Positions 36,365 to 50,601 of a stretch of 64,000 nt of DNA are shown here, piece after piece (within the stretch, counting starts at the first letter, position 1; each line of letters opens with the position of its first letter). Below the pieces are notes generated by a model. It searched no databases. It was given only the letters and a program-made list of their open reading frames with translations, and had not been told where the DNA came from. A program made the position numbers and the translations under genes. This DNA is from Mobula hypostoma (taxonomy: Eukaryota), in contig NC_086097.1 of assembly GCF_963921235.1 (NCBI RefSeq), positions 212,414,001 through 212,478,000 on the forward strand, read 5' to 3'.

Positions 36365-38640
36365 GTTTCTGGGTTGCCTTCCCACACTTTCCTAAATAAA
36401 GATACATTAGCCATCCTCCAGTCTTTCAGAAGCTCACCTATGGCTAACAAAGTCACAAAAATCTCTTTCAGGATCCTAGTGATCTCCTCTTTTGGCTCCC
36501 ACAATGTCCCAGTACATATCTGGTCATACCCCAGGGATTTATTCACTCGTATGTGCATTAAGGCTGCTAACATCTCCTGTTTCATAATGTTGATATGCTC
36601 CCCCAAACTCACCAGCTTCTATGTTCTTCTCCATGGTAAATGAAAAATGCTCATTTAAATTTCACTCAACTTTTGTGGCTCCATACATAGCACCAATCTT
36701 TAAAGCAAACTACTCTCTCCCTAGTTACCGTAGTTTTGTTCTTAATATATTGAGAATATGTTAAAGATTCTCATTTAAGATCTGCCAAAGACATCTCATG
36801 TTCCCTTTCTGCCCTCTTAATTACCTTATTAAGTATATATCTGCACCCCTTATTCTCCTCAGGTGACTCACTTGATCCAGCTACCTAAACCCAACATATA
36901 CTTCCTTCTTTCTCCGGACAACAGCCTCAATATTCTTTATCAGCCAGGGGTCCTTAGTCTTGCCAGCCTTGTCTTTCACTCTAAAATGAACATGAGGCCA
37001 TCTTATCTCATTTTAAAAAGCTTCCCACTTGTCAGATGTCCCTTTACTTGCTAGCAGCCTCTTCCAGTCAACATTATCAAGTTCTTGCCTAGTGTCATCA
37101 ATTTCTTCTTTGCTTGTAGACAAGTTCTATCTTTTTCCATAACTTCCTTTAATACTAATAGAATTATGGTCACTGATCCAAAAGTGCCCCTTCATGCCAC
37201 ATCAGCCATTTGCCCAGCTTCATTTCTTAAGAAGAATTCAAGTGTAGCCCCTTCTCTGGTACAGACATCACAATATTACTGCAGAAAGCATTCCTAGATC
37301 TCCTTAACAAATTCAGGACAATCAGTGAGGAAGAGGATGGTGACAAGTATGGGCTGGTGGCATTTGTGGAATGAGGAGGGTGGTGTTGCTTTGAATATCA
37401 AACAACATTCTTCACAAGAATCCTACTGTCAGAAGATCAATACTTCATATTTCCCAGCTTCCTCTCCCTGCAGATTAACTTTCAACAATTCATCTACATG
37501 GACATCCAGGCTCCTCTGAATACCACTCTTTTCAATCTCTTATCATTTAAGAGACTCCGCTTTCCTGTTTTATATTCCATTATGTTACACCTATTAAGTC
37601 ATCATTGTTCACTTGCCCTCGAAACATCATGTATGCTCCTCACAACTCACAATGCCATCCAGCTTTGCATTATCAACAAACATGCCTACATCACATTCTC
37701 CCTCCTTTTTGAAGTCAAGGGTTACATTTGCTATCAACCCACCCATGGGAACAGCTTAGAGTCTATGAAATGTTGGAAGTGAGACCAGGTTCATCCAGCA
37801 TCTCCAGAGATGTCTCTTTCAAAACCTTGTAACGCAGGTCATCAGGTCCCAGGGATTTATCAGTTTTCAATCCCGTTAATTTCTCCATTTAAATTTGTAC
37901 TAACGTTAATTTTTTTTATAGCTTCTTATTCTCTTTAGACCTGTTGGTCTGCATTATGTCTGGGAGGCATTTTGTATCTTCTTTTCTGAAAACAATTTCT
38001 CTGCCATATTCTTATTCTCCAATATTATTTTTCTTGCTCAGTCTGTAAGGGACTCACATTGATTTCAGTACTTTTTTTCTCTTTTTGTATGAGCGTATCT
38101 GTTTTCACAGTTGGCATTTATGTTTCCTGTTGGATTAGTTTTGGAATTTAATTTTCTTTTTTTAAAAAATCAATGGCATGGTACTCATTTGCTAAATTCT
38201 AAAATGTTCCCAATTATCCCATTTAGTCCTCTTTTTAGCAACATTATAAGCTTTTCCTTTGAAGTACTACCTTTAACTTCGGTTGTTAGCTAGAGATAAT
38301 TTTTGTTTTTTGGTTTTGTGCCTTAAAATGATGCATATTATGCAAAATGTGTATCAATTGTTTAAATGTTGGCGTACTGCTTGTAAATGTAGTTTCCCGA
38401 TGAACTGTCATTAGCACCCGCTCTACACATCCAGATTTTGCTACATTTAGATTTAAGAATACATGTTTGGTTTGAACTAAATTGATTTCAATATTCATAT
38501 GAAGTTGTATCAGGTCCTGATCATACTTCGCTAAAGGTCTTGTAAGTGTATGATTATTAATTAAACCTTTGTCATTTCATAGTATTAAATCTGGAATAGC
38601 CTGTTTCAATCTCCATTTAGTGTAGCTTCACTGAGATCTG
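36365..38640 (-). mobile_element. Highly decayed CR1 ORF2 remnants (probably two elements)
   Basis: IRVNKSLGYDQI...DWRMANVSLFRK in ORF 36343-36612; a second KSLGPDDL-like motif near 37840-37860. Confidence 0.6.
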
Positions 38641-41600
38641 CTTCAGTGAGATTTGCCTGTGATGTTTAATACACAAATTAAATTTCAAAGAGACACTGAA
38701 ACTTCAAACAATCTGTTGGAGAAACCAGTAGGTCAAGCAGCATCTGTAAACTGGGATGGGGAGGAATTGTCCAAACACTGCAGTACAGGTAATCTGTCTG
38801 CATATGTGAGTCACATGCCCTGAAGAAACTGCAAGGCCTGCTTACAAAGACCCAGCCATATTTAGCTGCTAGGTTTCAGATACAATTCATTTGTGTGACA
38901 TAAAGGTATATTGACCCACTGAAAAGGATTCCAACTTCTACACCATCACTCAACCCTTTGTCCCCCTTGGATCAATCCATTCCTAGATACATCCATGACA
39001 CTTCACACATTCTTATATGCCCTGGCCTATTCCAATGACTAGGAGTTGTCCCTCTCCTCCGCTGAGAGGTATTCTATCATTTGATTTCTTTTCCTGGCAA
39101 TTAAAACACATCAGTTGGGACTCCATGCCAAGAATATAGAAACTGATTTTTATTTCTCTAATTGCATAATTGTCTACATGATTCATTTGCTTTTTCTTAC
39201 AAATCTTTTTTAGTTTTCTCCCCATCATCCTTTCACCCTTCAGTCACCCTTCATAAATAATTGTCCTGCCTACTTCACAGACAGTCATTACTATGACTTA
39301 ATTTCAGACCTCTCAAGGAATCTCTCAGCCTGTTCCTACTAGATTGGTGATCATTTGGTCTCAATTTCAATTTTCTTTCTGCCTGAGCAGTGATCAGTTT
39401 CAGCAATATGCATTACATCTGTGGTTGTTATTCACATAAGCAATGCAACATGAACTTCTTCCTATCTTTGTTGTTGAATCAAAGAACCACAGTTTATCAG
39501 AAATCTGGCATGAGAGTAACAAGAGCAGTCCATTCAACCCTTGAGCTCATTCCACCAATTATTACATGGTTGATCTGCATCTCCAGTTCATTTACTGCCT
39601 TTACCTTCATATCCCTATGTAAAAAAAAATGTCACTTCTGAGAAAGAAAGCTGTTAAGTGATGTGTGAAAATTGTTAGTTAAGGGAGAAATTCTATTGAA
39701 TAGTATAATGATATTGTATGTGACATGCTGGATTTCTTTAGAAATACAAGAATGCTAAACATAATTAGGTAGTGGATTCAAGGCACATTGAGAGGCACAT
39801 CCGAAATTAGACTTATATTCAGGCGTGAAATTAAGAGATATGTGCAGTGACGTCAAATAGCGTGCAATACTGCATTAGTTGTTCTGAGAAAGGATCTTTA
39901 TCCTGAAACATTAACTTGATTCCTCTTTCCACAGATGTTGTCTGACCTGCTGCATGTTCTGTCTCAATTTCAGATTTCTACCAACTGAAGGTTTTTTTAT
40001 TTAATTTTTATCCAGTATGCAATACTCATCTTGAGGTTTCTTGCATGAAATGTAACTGCAAACACCTACAAATGGTATGGCTCACAACACAGTGTAGCAG
40101 GCCTTATATGGGGGACAGAGACCTGTTTTGGTGTCATTTGAAGGACTTGACCTTAACTGCTCCACATCTATACCTTCACCTTCAACCATGAGGGTGCCTT
40201 AAGGTTGTGGGTCACTGACCACCTACATGCCTTCTAGTTTCTGACATTTACAGGCATTGCCCCTCAGTCTTTCAAAATCCATCTGAGCAATTCCCTAACT
40301 TCCTCCCACTGTTCTTACTGCCTTGTCACTCAGGTTAATTTTGCAATCTGCAGATCACCTCCCTGAGCCCTTGCCTGATTATATCCTCAAGTCACACTCC
40401 ATAATCATCTTTCCTGACAACATCTTCTTTGTTCAGAACCAAAGCTGATTCCTGTCTTGATCACCACCAAAGCTATCTCTCCTTTCTACCATTCATTTCC
40501 AAAACCAACTACCCTGACTTAATTTTCTTCACAGTGTAACCCTCTTACTGTCTCTGAAGAACGAACCTCTCAATGAAGACTGGTGTGTGTCTCCTGACTT
40601 CCCCTTCCTCAAGTTCACAATCAAGATCAGGCAATCAGATGTAAGTAGCAGCCTATGGAGTTTGCATTGTATTAGTTACAGAAACTGTGAGAGGATGGGA
40701 ATACAAGAAATGGCTTTTAGGAGACCAGGAACAGCTTCTTACTTCCTATGTGCTTACTTCTGAGGGACCTTCTAAAGCAAGGCCTTAGCATGGAAAATAA
40801 TTGTTTAAGAATGCTGTGCTCGCTATCTCCACTTTCAGGAGAACGGTGTTGTACAACTTTCACATAATGAGAGAAGACATCACAGTGCAGCAGCGTCTAG
40901 CTCTTGAGAGGGTGATTATCCTTGGTGCATGCCACATTGCAGAGCTGCACAAGAAATGTCTTAAATGTTTAGGAGAACACTTTCCCAATGTCAGGAAAAT
41001 TATTGATAATTTGCAGTCAAGCCAAGGAAATTAATTAACTATGTAATTTGATTCTTCATGTGCTCTAGTTGAGCAAATCAGGATTTTCCCCAATCAGAAC
41101 CCTGGATGAACAATGAAATCTGGAATCTGCTGAGAGCCAGATCAGAGGCATTCAAGTCTAGACTTCAAGAATGCTACAAGAGGTGCAGGTACGATCTCTG
41201 GAAAGCCATCTCTTAGGCAAAGTGGAGATTCAGGACTAGACTGGAATCAATGAGGGATACTCAACAGCTATGGCAGGGTTTGAATGACCTAACCTCCTAG
41301 AAAGATAAAGCTTGTGACATGGGGAGAAAAGAGCTTTGCTTCCCGATTAGCTCAATGCCTTCTATACGTGCTTCGATCACTAGAACAGGGAGGAACCATC
41401 ACACACCCCTATGTCTTCCAATGGTCCTTTGGTCTCATTACCTGAAGATGACGCGTGGGCTGCCTGCAAAAGAGTGAATCCAAGGAATGGAATTTGGATG
41501 GAATACCTGGCTGAGTACTGAAGAGTTATGCCAACCAAGTGGCTGGTGTATTCACAGCTATCTTCAACCTCTCGCTCTAGGAATGTGTGGTACCCACCTG

Positions 41601-41769
41601 CTTCAAGCAGGCTTCCATCATATCGGTGCCCAAGAAGGAAATGGTAACCTGTCTAACTGACTATTGCCCAGTAGCACTTGGCGTCCACAGTGGTGAACTG
41701 TTTTGAGAGGCTGGTTTTGAAGCTCCTGCCTGAGTGGTGACTTGGATCTGCTCCAATTCGCCTGGCAAA

Positions 41770-43111
41770 TTTTCCAATTTAGCAAATTGTCCTTTACCAA
41801 AAAAAGACCAGGGTAACATGCCTGAACGACTGGCGTCCTGTCGCTCTCACCTCAATAATAAGCAAATGCTTTGAGAGGCTGGTCAAGATTACATCTGCAG
41901 CTTGCTCCCACCCAAACTGGACCCCTACAATTCACCTACCGACACAACCGATCAACAGATGATGCAATAGCCACTGCTCTACATACCATCTTTGCACATC
42001 TGAAGAAGAAGGATGCTTATGTGAGAATGCTGTTCTTGGACTACAGTTCAGCATTCAACACCATAGTTCCATCCAGGCTCGACAAGAAGCTCAGAGACCT
42101 CGACCTTGACCCTGCCATGTGCAGCTGGATCCTGGATTTTCTGTCAGGTTGCCGGCAGGTGGTAAGAGTGGGCTTCCTCACCTCCACCCCTCCGACTCTC
42201 AATACAGGAGCCCCTCAGGGGTGTGTACAGGGGTTTTACTCCCTGTATACCCATGACTGTGCGGCCACCCACAGTTCTAATCTGCTAATTAAATTTGCCG
42301 ATGACACTACATTGATTGGCCTTATCTCAAACAATAACAAGGTGGCCTACAGGAAAGAAGACATCTCTCTGACACAGTGGTGTCAAGAAAACAACCTCTC
42401 CCTCAATGTCGCAAAAACAAAGAAGCTGGTTGTGGATTACAGGAGGAATGGAGATAGGCTAATCCCTATTAACATTGATGGATCTGGGGTTGAAAGGGTA
42501 AACAGCTTTAAGTTCCTTGGCATCCACATCAAAGAGGACCTCATGTGGTCTGTACACACCAGGTGTGCACAACAACGCCTCTTTCACGTCAGACAGTTGA
42601 GGAAGTTTGGTATGGGCCCCCAAATCCTAAGAACTTTCTACAGGGGCACAATTGAGAGCATCCTGAATGGCTGCATCACTGCCTGGTATGGGAACTGTAC
42701 CTCCCTTAATCACAGGACTCTGCAGAGAGTGGTGCAGACAGCCTAGTGCATCTGTAATTGTGAACTTCACATGATTCAGGACATTTACACAGACAGGTGT
42801 ATAAAAAGGGCCCATAGGATCACTGGGGGCCCAAGTCACCCCAACCACAATCTATTCCAGCTGCTACCATCCAGGAAACGGTACTGCAGCATAAAAGCCA
42901 GGGCCAACAGGCTCCATGGCAGCTTCTTCTACCAGGCCATCAGACTGATTAAGTCTTGCTGATTTGAGTGTATTGTATGTTACATTGACTATTCTATTTA
43001 TTATAAATTATTAAAAATTTCTATTATTGCACATATGCGGAGACGTAATGTAAAGATTTTTACTCATATATGTGAAGGATGTACGAAATAAAGTCAATTC
43101 AATTCAATTCA
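41770..43111 (+). mobile_element. Nested Rex1/Babar LINE (RT to 3' tail)
   Basis: ORF 41871-42746: RMLFLDYSSAFNTI, NTGAPQGCV, KFADDTT; tail aataaagtcaattcaattcaattcaa. Confidence 0.9.
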
Positions 43112-43269
43112 AAGCAACAGGTCCACAGCAGATGCTATCTTGTTAGCTCTTCACACAATGCTGGAACATCTGTACAGCAAAGATCAAGATCCTCTTCACT
43201 GGCTACTGCTCAACATTTAGTATTTTCATCGCCTGAAAACAAAGCAGTGAGATTCAAGATCGTGGCCTC

Positions 43270-43468
43270 TGTTATGTCTGTGCAACTACATATTAATTAA
43301 ATAAAAGCATGCACACAGGTGATGGCTTTAACTAGTGTATTCACATTGCAGCGAGAGAAAGAGAGAGAGAGAGAGAGAGAGTGCGCAAGCACAATACGCA
43401 TGTGTAGACAACAGATCAATGCGCATAGGGGAGTCATTACTCTAAATTAAATAGATCCATACATTACA
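43270..43468 (-). repeat. Gypsy 3' LTR
   Basis: TG...CA ends; PPT immediately adjacent (43469-43482); homologous to 48496-48706. Confidence 0.85.
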
Positions 43469-44384
43469 CTTCCTCTCCCTTTAGATTAATGTAGCCTAAA
43501 ACTGTATATGTGCAAAACATCCAACTTCCCTAACGCAAACCATATTCAAATACTCATGCTTTCAAGATAACGGTCCATAACTAACTTCACTATACTAAAG
43601 ATTCAGTCCACTTTTGGATGGCGCTCTGTTTCTTTCAGGATAGCACCTCTGGACCTGTGGAGCGGCATCAGGTTTGGCAGGTGTCTTGTCAAAGACAACA
43701 TTCTCGGTTGCCAGAGTCACGTTGCTGTCAGTGACATGATCATCACCAAGAGGAAAGTCTTGTGGCTGTAATGTGTCTGGCTTGTTGGATGCAGTCGACT
43801 CAGTCATGGTCTTCCGTTGAGCATCCAGTATCTGGTCCACATGATGTCTCCATGTATGATCTCCAACATCTACTGTGTACATCAGTGATCCAGCTCTTGT
43901 ATCTATCCTACCGGGTGTCCACTTGTCTTCTTGGTAAGCACACGTTAGGACTTCTTGTCCAACCTCGAAGCTCCTTGTTGATTCACTTGTCAACTGACTG
44001 AACTGTTTATTCCATACTTCTCTCTGTCGATCTGGTTTCAGGAGGCCTATCTGACATCTCAGTTTCCTGCTTATGACCAGCATTGCAGGTGCTTGATTTA
44101 TTGTTGCACGAGTAGGTCTGATACATAAAAAGGAAATTGTCTGCCTTCTGCTGTACAGAAGTGTCATCCTTGTCCATAGCTTCAATGGACTTCTTAAAGG
44201 TTTGAATAAACCTTTCAGCTAAGCTGGGTGGTGAGGAGCTGACTTAAAATGTCTGATGCCACTTTTCTTCATGAAGAGTCAAAATTCGTCTGACATGTAT
44301 TGAGGTCTGTTGTCACTCACAGTTTGTTCAGGTAAGTCATTTCTGGCGAAGATAGTCCTCAGAGTGGAGGCAAACTTTGCTGAG

Positions 44385-44535
44385 ATGGGTGGATATGGCA
44401 TCAAAGGTTACAGGGAGAAGCCCGGGATCTGGGGTTGAGGAGGAGAAAAAAAAAGGATCAGCCATGATTGAATGGCAGAGCAAACTCGATGGGACAGATG
44501 GTCTAATGCTGCTTCAATGTCTTACGGTCTTATGG
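44385..44535 (+). mobile_element. Short CR1 3' end inserted in the Gypsy integrase
   Basis: ggcatcaaaggttacagggagaag...ggatcagccatgattgaatggc...cttacggtcttatg. Confidence 0.8.
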
Positions 44536-45450
44536 ATATCATCGGTATGACCTCCGGCCACTTTGAATGAGCATCCACAGCAAACAGAAACCTGGAGTCT
44601 ATGAATGGCCCAGCAGAGTCAATATGTACTCTTTGCCATGGTGACAATGGCCACTTCCATGGGTGTAATGATACCGGTGGGGGTGCATTTTGAACTTTCT
44701 GGCATTCCAAACAGCTTTTGGCCAAGTCTTAAATCTGTTTATCTATTCTTGGCCAATAGCTCCGGGTGAGACTTTTCACCTTGACTGTACCCAGCTGTCC
44801 TCCATGCAGATATTCTAACACTCTGGTATGCATTTTAGAGGAAACCACAACATGAGATCCACACATCAGCGTTCTTTGATATACCAATAGTTGGTCTCGT
44901 CTCACTGAGAAATCTGGAAACGTGAGCTGGCCATCCTTGTTTGGTGATTTCATGGACTTTAGACAATGTCTGCTCATTCCCTGTTTCCCTTTGTATTTCG
45001 GGATTTGCTACCTGCAACTGGTCCACCAATGCGATGTGGAACACCTCTGCTCACAGTATGAAGACTTTGCTTCTTCACTTGATAACAGTGGAAGATGTGG
45101 TCCACCAATGCGATGTGGAACACCTCTGCTCACAGAATGAAGACTTTGCTTCTTCACTTGATAACAGTGGAAGATGTGACAAGTCATCAGCATTGCTGTT
45201 TTGTTTGGTACCCTTGAACTCGATGTCATAAAACAGGATTCCTTGGAACAGTTCCCAATGTTGTAACTGAGTAGCAGTCATCACTGGAATTCCCTTCCTG
45301 GAATTCAAAATGGACACTGGGGACTGGGAACCTGTTAAATGTGTAAACCTACGTCCACAGAGGAAGTGGTAAAATTTCTTTATTCCCCAAACTACACTAA
45401 GGACCTCTCGTTCAATCTGTTTGCGATTGTGTTCTGCACTTGTCAGTGAA

Positions 45451-46487
45451 GTTGCAGAACCTGGGCCTCTGTACCTCCCCCTGCAATTGGATCCCCAACT
45501 TCCTAACCGGAAGACCACAATCTGCTCTACCCTCTGTATACACATAACTGTGTGGCTAGGCATAGCTCAAATACCATCTATAAATTTGCTGACGATACAA
45601 CCATTGTTGGTAGAATCTTTGGTGCAACGAGAGGGCGTACACGAGTGAGATATGCCAACTAGTGGAGGGGCGCCACAGCAACAACCTGGCACTCAACATC
45701 AGTAAGACGAAAGAGCTGATTGTGGACTTCAGGAAGGGTAAGACGAAGGAACACATACCAATCCTCATAGAGGAAACAGAAGTGGAGAGAGTGAGCAACA
45801 ACAGGTTCCTGGGTGTCAAGATCTCCGAGGATTTAACCTGGTCCCAACATATTGATGTAGTTATAAAGAAGGCAAGACAGCGGCTATACTTTATTAGGAG
45901 TTTGAAGATATTTTGTATGTCAACAAATACACTCAAAAACTTGTATAGTTGTACTGTGGACAGTATTTTGACGGGCTGCATCACTGTTTGGTATGGAGGG
46001 GTTACTGCACAGGACTGAAATAAGCTGCAGAAAGTTGTAAATCTAGCCAGCTCCATCTTGGGCTCTAGCCTACAAAGTACCCAGGACATCTTCAGGGAGC
46101 GGTGTCTCAGAAAGGCAACGTCCATTGTTAAGGACCTCCAGCACCAAGGGCATGCCCTTTTCTCACTGTTATCATCAGGTAGGAGGTGCAGAAGCCTGAA
46201 GGCACACACTCAGCAATTCACGAACAGCTTCTTTCCCTCTGCCATCCGATTCCTAAATGGACAATGTATCTTTGGACACTACCTCACTTTTTTTTAAATA
46301 TACAGTATTTCTGTTTTTGCACTTTTTTAATCTATTCAATATATGTAATTGATCTACTTGTTTATTTATTAATTTTTAATTTTTTTTTCTCTCTGCTAGG
46401 TTATGTATTGCATTGTACTGCTGCTGCTGCTAATTAACAAATTTCACGTCACATGCCCGTGATAATAAACCTGATTCTGATTCTGAT
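45451..46487 (+). mobile_element. Rex1/Babar LINE inserted in the Gypsy RNase H
   Basis: NNLALNISKTKELIVDFRK, NSFFPSAIRFLN; tail aataaacctgattctgattctgat; Gypsy frame IAFASR|SLTSAE is split across it. Confidence 0.9.
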
Positions 46488-48495
46488 CTTGAAGCAAATG
46501 CGATCGAACGTTCATATCCATCTTTCATAGTGTGTGACAAAATGGCTTCAATGCCATAAGGGGATGCCTCACATGCCAGTCTGATGGGCAGAGATGGGTT
46601 GTAATGGGTGAGTAGTTGGTTCATCCGATGTTATTTACCTCTTTGTTTCTGTGAATGCTTTTTCACATCTTTCTGACCATTCCTGCTTTGCTCCTGTCTG
46701 TAACAGTGCATTCAATGGATGCAGCAATGCAGCATTGTAGCAATGTTTGGGAGAAACCAGTGGTAGCAGATTACAAGGCTCAAGTATGACCTGAGCTGTG
46801 CCACATTTTCTGGTTTTGGTGCCTGTGGTACTGCTTCAATCTTTTCTTGAGACTTATATAAGCCAATGACATGTCCACAATATGAGATTTCATTCTTGAA
46901 AAACTCACCATTCTCTCTTTTTGTGTGCAGACCACACTCACTCAGCCTGGTAAGCATTTTACCAAGGTTCTGAAAGTGCTCTTCATCATTTTTGCCTGTC
47001 ACGATGATCATTGTGTTTCTGGGATATCTTGGAGCACTTGGTCCATTGGTCTTTGCCAAATTGCTGGAGCTAATGCGAGGCCAAAGATGAGATGATTATA
47101 CTGAAACTGTCCCTTGTGAGTTGCAAAAATGTCTTCTATTCATAGCAGGGGATACCGCAGTACTGGGCTGATACTCTTCTTGAAATCCCCACATATGCAA
47201 ACGGTTCTAGCCCTCCCTTTCTTGTTCACCAGGACAATGAGCATGACCCAATCACTCCACTCAGCCTTGGTGAGAATTCCAGATGCCTCCAAGCTCAGAA
47301 GTTCAGCCTCCACTTTAGGACGTAGTGTGTAAGGCACTGGACACACTTCATGGAATCTTGGTGTTGCTGCTATATCCAGTTCAATTCTGGCCTTCATGCC
47401 TTTGAGTTTACCAGTACCCTTCTCAAACACCTTCTTATTAGCATTAAGCAGCTGTGACAGTCTCTGGTTAGTACTACTGTTTGGGCTGCAGTTGCCTGTT
47501 GATGACACATTGAGATCTTTGATTGTGTGCCAGTCTGGTTGGATATATCTCAACCATTCATATCCAAGAAGTACTGGCCTTCTACTTTTCAACACAGAAA
47601 TTTTTGTCTGCTTTTTGTCTGTTTTGCACACTCCCTCTATGTGAACTTGTCTGTGACACTTTCCGCAAACTTTTCCTTTGAACCAATAGTCATTTGCATC
47701 AGGGGAGGATTTGCCATATTGATAACATTTTTGGCTTTTTGTAACATTCAGGGACATATTGTGCATTTCACATTCTAAACAATTTTTCTGTAGTTCTGCT
47801 GCATCCTTTGCTGCAGTCTCTAACGATATTGCAATGGTCAATGCCCGTTCTAAGGTTAGGTCTCTTTCTGACAGTAGCTTCTTTTGAGTGCTTTAACTGT
47901 GCATGTCACATACAAGCCTGTCCCTTAATGCATCAGAAAGTCTATTTCTAAAGTCACAGTATGGAGAAAGTTTGCACAGTTCTGCAATGTATTCAGAAAT
48001 GCTTTCATCCTTTGACTGGTTCCTTTTGTGAAATCTAAATCTGTCCGCTATTATCAGTGGTTTAGAGCTCAAGTGATTTTGTAAGATTGCTACAATTTCG
48101 TCAAACGTCTTGCTTGCCAGGTTTTCAGGAGTTACTAAATTGCATAAGAGCCTGTATGTTTTAGCAGCCATAGAGCTTTCTTTCCTTCATCCACATTGTT
48201 CGCGTTACGTCACAGTTCAACCCTCTTGATATATGACTCCCAGGCTTCATTAGCACTATGAAATTTGTCAGCTTTCCTGAGTAAAGCCGTCGCCATATTG
48301 TTTTCCCCTTAACTTTGCTAGTTGTACATCTTTCACTGTGTTCTGTGCAGTTACTCATGTGCTCCTTTGTTGGTGTCCGTGTCCGTGATGGCCTTCTTTG
48401 TACTGTTTAATTCTTTCCTCTCACTGTCTCATCCCATAGCTGTTGGTGCATTTGGTGATATTCTCGGACATTTAGGTTTGTACTCGTCACTAATT

Positions 48496-48706
48496 TGTTG
48501 TGACTGTGCAATTACCTATCAATTGAATAAAAGCATACATGCAACAGATTGTTTTAACTGGTGTATTCACATTGCAGCAAGACAGAGAGAGAGAGAGGAC
48601 AACGTGCATGCATAGACAACAGATCAATGTGCATAGGTAAGTAATCAGTGCATATGTAGTAATAAGGGGATCCATTAATTTAAAGGAGATATATGCATAG
48701 ATCACA
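48496..48706 (-). repeat. Gypsy 5' LTR
   Basis: Shares aataaaagcat, ttttaact.gtgtattcacattgcagc, gagagag and agacaacagatcaatg with the 3' LTR; PBS-like aattagtgacgag follows on the minus strand. Confidence 0.8.
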
Positions 48707-49799
48707 GCCTTAATACTCTCTTGTGCAATTGGATTCTGGATTTCCTCACTTGTACACCCCAGTCAGTTTGGATTTCCAAAAACATCTCCTCCAAAATCTC
48801 CATCAGCACAGGAGCACCATACGGATGTGTACATAGCTCCCTGCTCTACTCGCTTTACACTTATGACTGTGCAGCTAAGTACAATTCCAACACCATAGAC
48901 GTTTGCTGATGACACCACTGTTGTGATCAGCTTAAAGGAGGGAGAAAGAAAACTTGGCTGAGTGGTGTAATAACAACCACCTCTCACTCAATGTCAATAA
49001 GACTAAGGAACTGATAGTAGACTTCAGGAGAGGAAACCGTGAGGCAGTAGTCATCGGAGGATCAGAGATGAAGAGAGTCCGTAAATTTAAATTCCTGGGT
49101 GTCACGATCTCAGAGGAACTGTCCTGGACCCATCATATAAATATAATTGCAAGGAAAGCACGACAGCGCCTCTACTTCCTCAGGAGTCTGCGGAGATTCG
49201 GCATGTCATCAGAAACCTTGGCAAACTTCTATAGATGTGTGGTGGAAAGTGTGCTGACTGGCTGCATTACAGCCTGGTATGGAACACCAATGCTGTTGAG
49301 TGGGAAATCCTATAAAAAGTAGTGAATTCGGTCCAGTACAACATGGATAAAACTCCCCTCAACCATTGAGCACATCCGCATGAAATATTGCCATAGGAAA
49401 GGAGCATCCATCACCAAAGATCCTCACCACCCAGGCCATGCTCTATTCTCACTGCTGCCATCAGGTAGAAGGTACAGGTGCCTCGGGACTCACACCACTA
49501 GTTTCAAGAATGGTTACTACCCTTCAACCATCAGGCTCTTGAATGAAAGGGGATAGCTACAATCATTTAAGGACTCTTTTATCTTGTTATTTTTTGTTCA
49601 TTATTTATTGCTATTTATTTATTATCTGCATTTGCACAGTTTGTTTACAGTTTACAGATACCATTCTATAGATTTGCTAAATATGCCCGCAGAAAAAAAA
49701 CCCAGAATTGTATGTGGTGACATGTATGTACTCTGATGATAAATTTTACTTTAAGCTTTGAACTTTGAAATTAATGCTTTTAGGAAGGTATGATCACTA

Positions 49800-50150
49800 A
49801 TATTTCATTTTACATACAAAATTCTGACAGGGTTAGGTACACAGTATGCATGGAGAATGTTTCCATAGCTAGAAAGTCTAAAACAAGGGGTAAGACATAT
49901 GAGACTGAGAAGAGGACAGTTCACTGAGAGGGTGGTAAACCTACAAAATTCTCGACTATAGAAGCCAGTGGAGGCCAAATCATTGAATATGCATACTGAA
50001 CTTAAGAAGGGGACAGAGGAATCACCAGATGCAACAGGTGCATGGGCACAGAGCTCAATATGGCATTGAGATATACAAACAACCTTGATTATATTGTATA
50101 GCCCAGCAGATGCAAATGGTCAAATAGACTCTGCATGCTACTATTTTCAA
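49800..50150 (+). mobile_element. Old CR1 3' fragment
   Basis: aaaattctgacagggttagg...ttcactgagagggtggtaaac...gtggaggccaaatcattgaat. Confidence 0.55.
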
Positions 50151-50601
50151 TAGTTACTTGTTTTCATGGTACCTTTCCAAAAGGGTCTCTGGTACTTTAG
50201 TTGGAAAGCCAGTATTGCCCATAAAGATCATTATGTCACTGATTCATTTACAGGATTCTTGTCTTCCTAAAAACCTACTCTTTCATGGTTTCCTGAAGTG
50301 TTTTAAGAGCTTCTCCAGGGGTAGACTTTCAAAAATACCCGATGATGCTTTATGTTTTGAAATTAGTGGTAAAGTTTAACACTGACCTGCTTATTTACAA
50401 TCACGTGCCACTTCCAATCCAAAAGTGATCATGTGCAGAATTGTACACAAAATCATTATTCAAAAATAATTCTCCTCAAAATTTCTGTCTGTCTGAGAGT
50501 ATTAAGCACCCAATACAGGTGCAGCATTTTTATTCTCGTTCTTAAAGTTGTTCCAATGACCACAATGAAATGGGGCAGAAAACAACGTCCTGATGATAAT
50601 A

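Larger units (their letters stand above)
43270..48706 (-). mobile_element. Gypsy/Ty3 LTR retrotransposon, decayed, with both LTRs
   Basis: gag (RFRFHKRNQSKDESISEYIAEL...LRDRLVC, knuckle remnant), RT (SDWVMLIVLV.K...ICGDFK), RNase H (LACEASPYGI...IAFASR), integrase (HPWKWPLSPWQRVHID...VDAHSKWPEV); order RT-RH-IN; PPT aaagggagaggaag; TSD gcctc/gcctt. Confidence 0.92.
41075..49770 (+). mobile_element. Host Rex1/Babar LINE in three pieces (41075-41768, 43112-43269, 48707-49770)
   Basis: Reading continuity across the insertions: LQFA...|SNRSTADAI and [20 protein letters not shown]; later WCNNNHLSLNVNKTKELIVDFR; tail tactttaagctttgaactttgaa. Confidence 0.8.

Noticed and set aside
38900..40630. Possible L2-type LINE remnants (pyrimidine-rich patches)
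   Set aside because: Too decayed to assign or delimit by eye.
43270..48706. Intact or domesticated Gypsy/endogenous retrovirus gene
   Set aside because: Many frameshifts and stops, protease largely missing, two insertions and no env.
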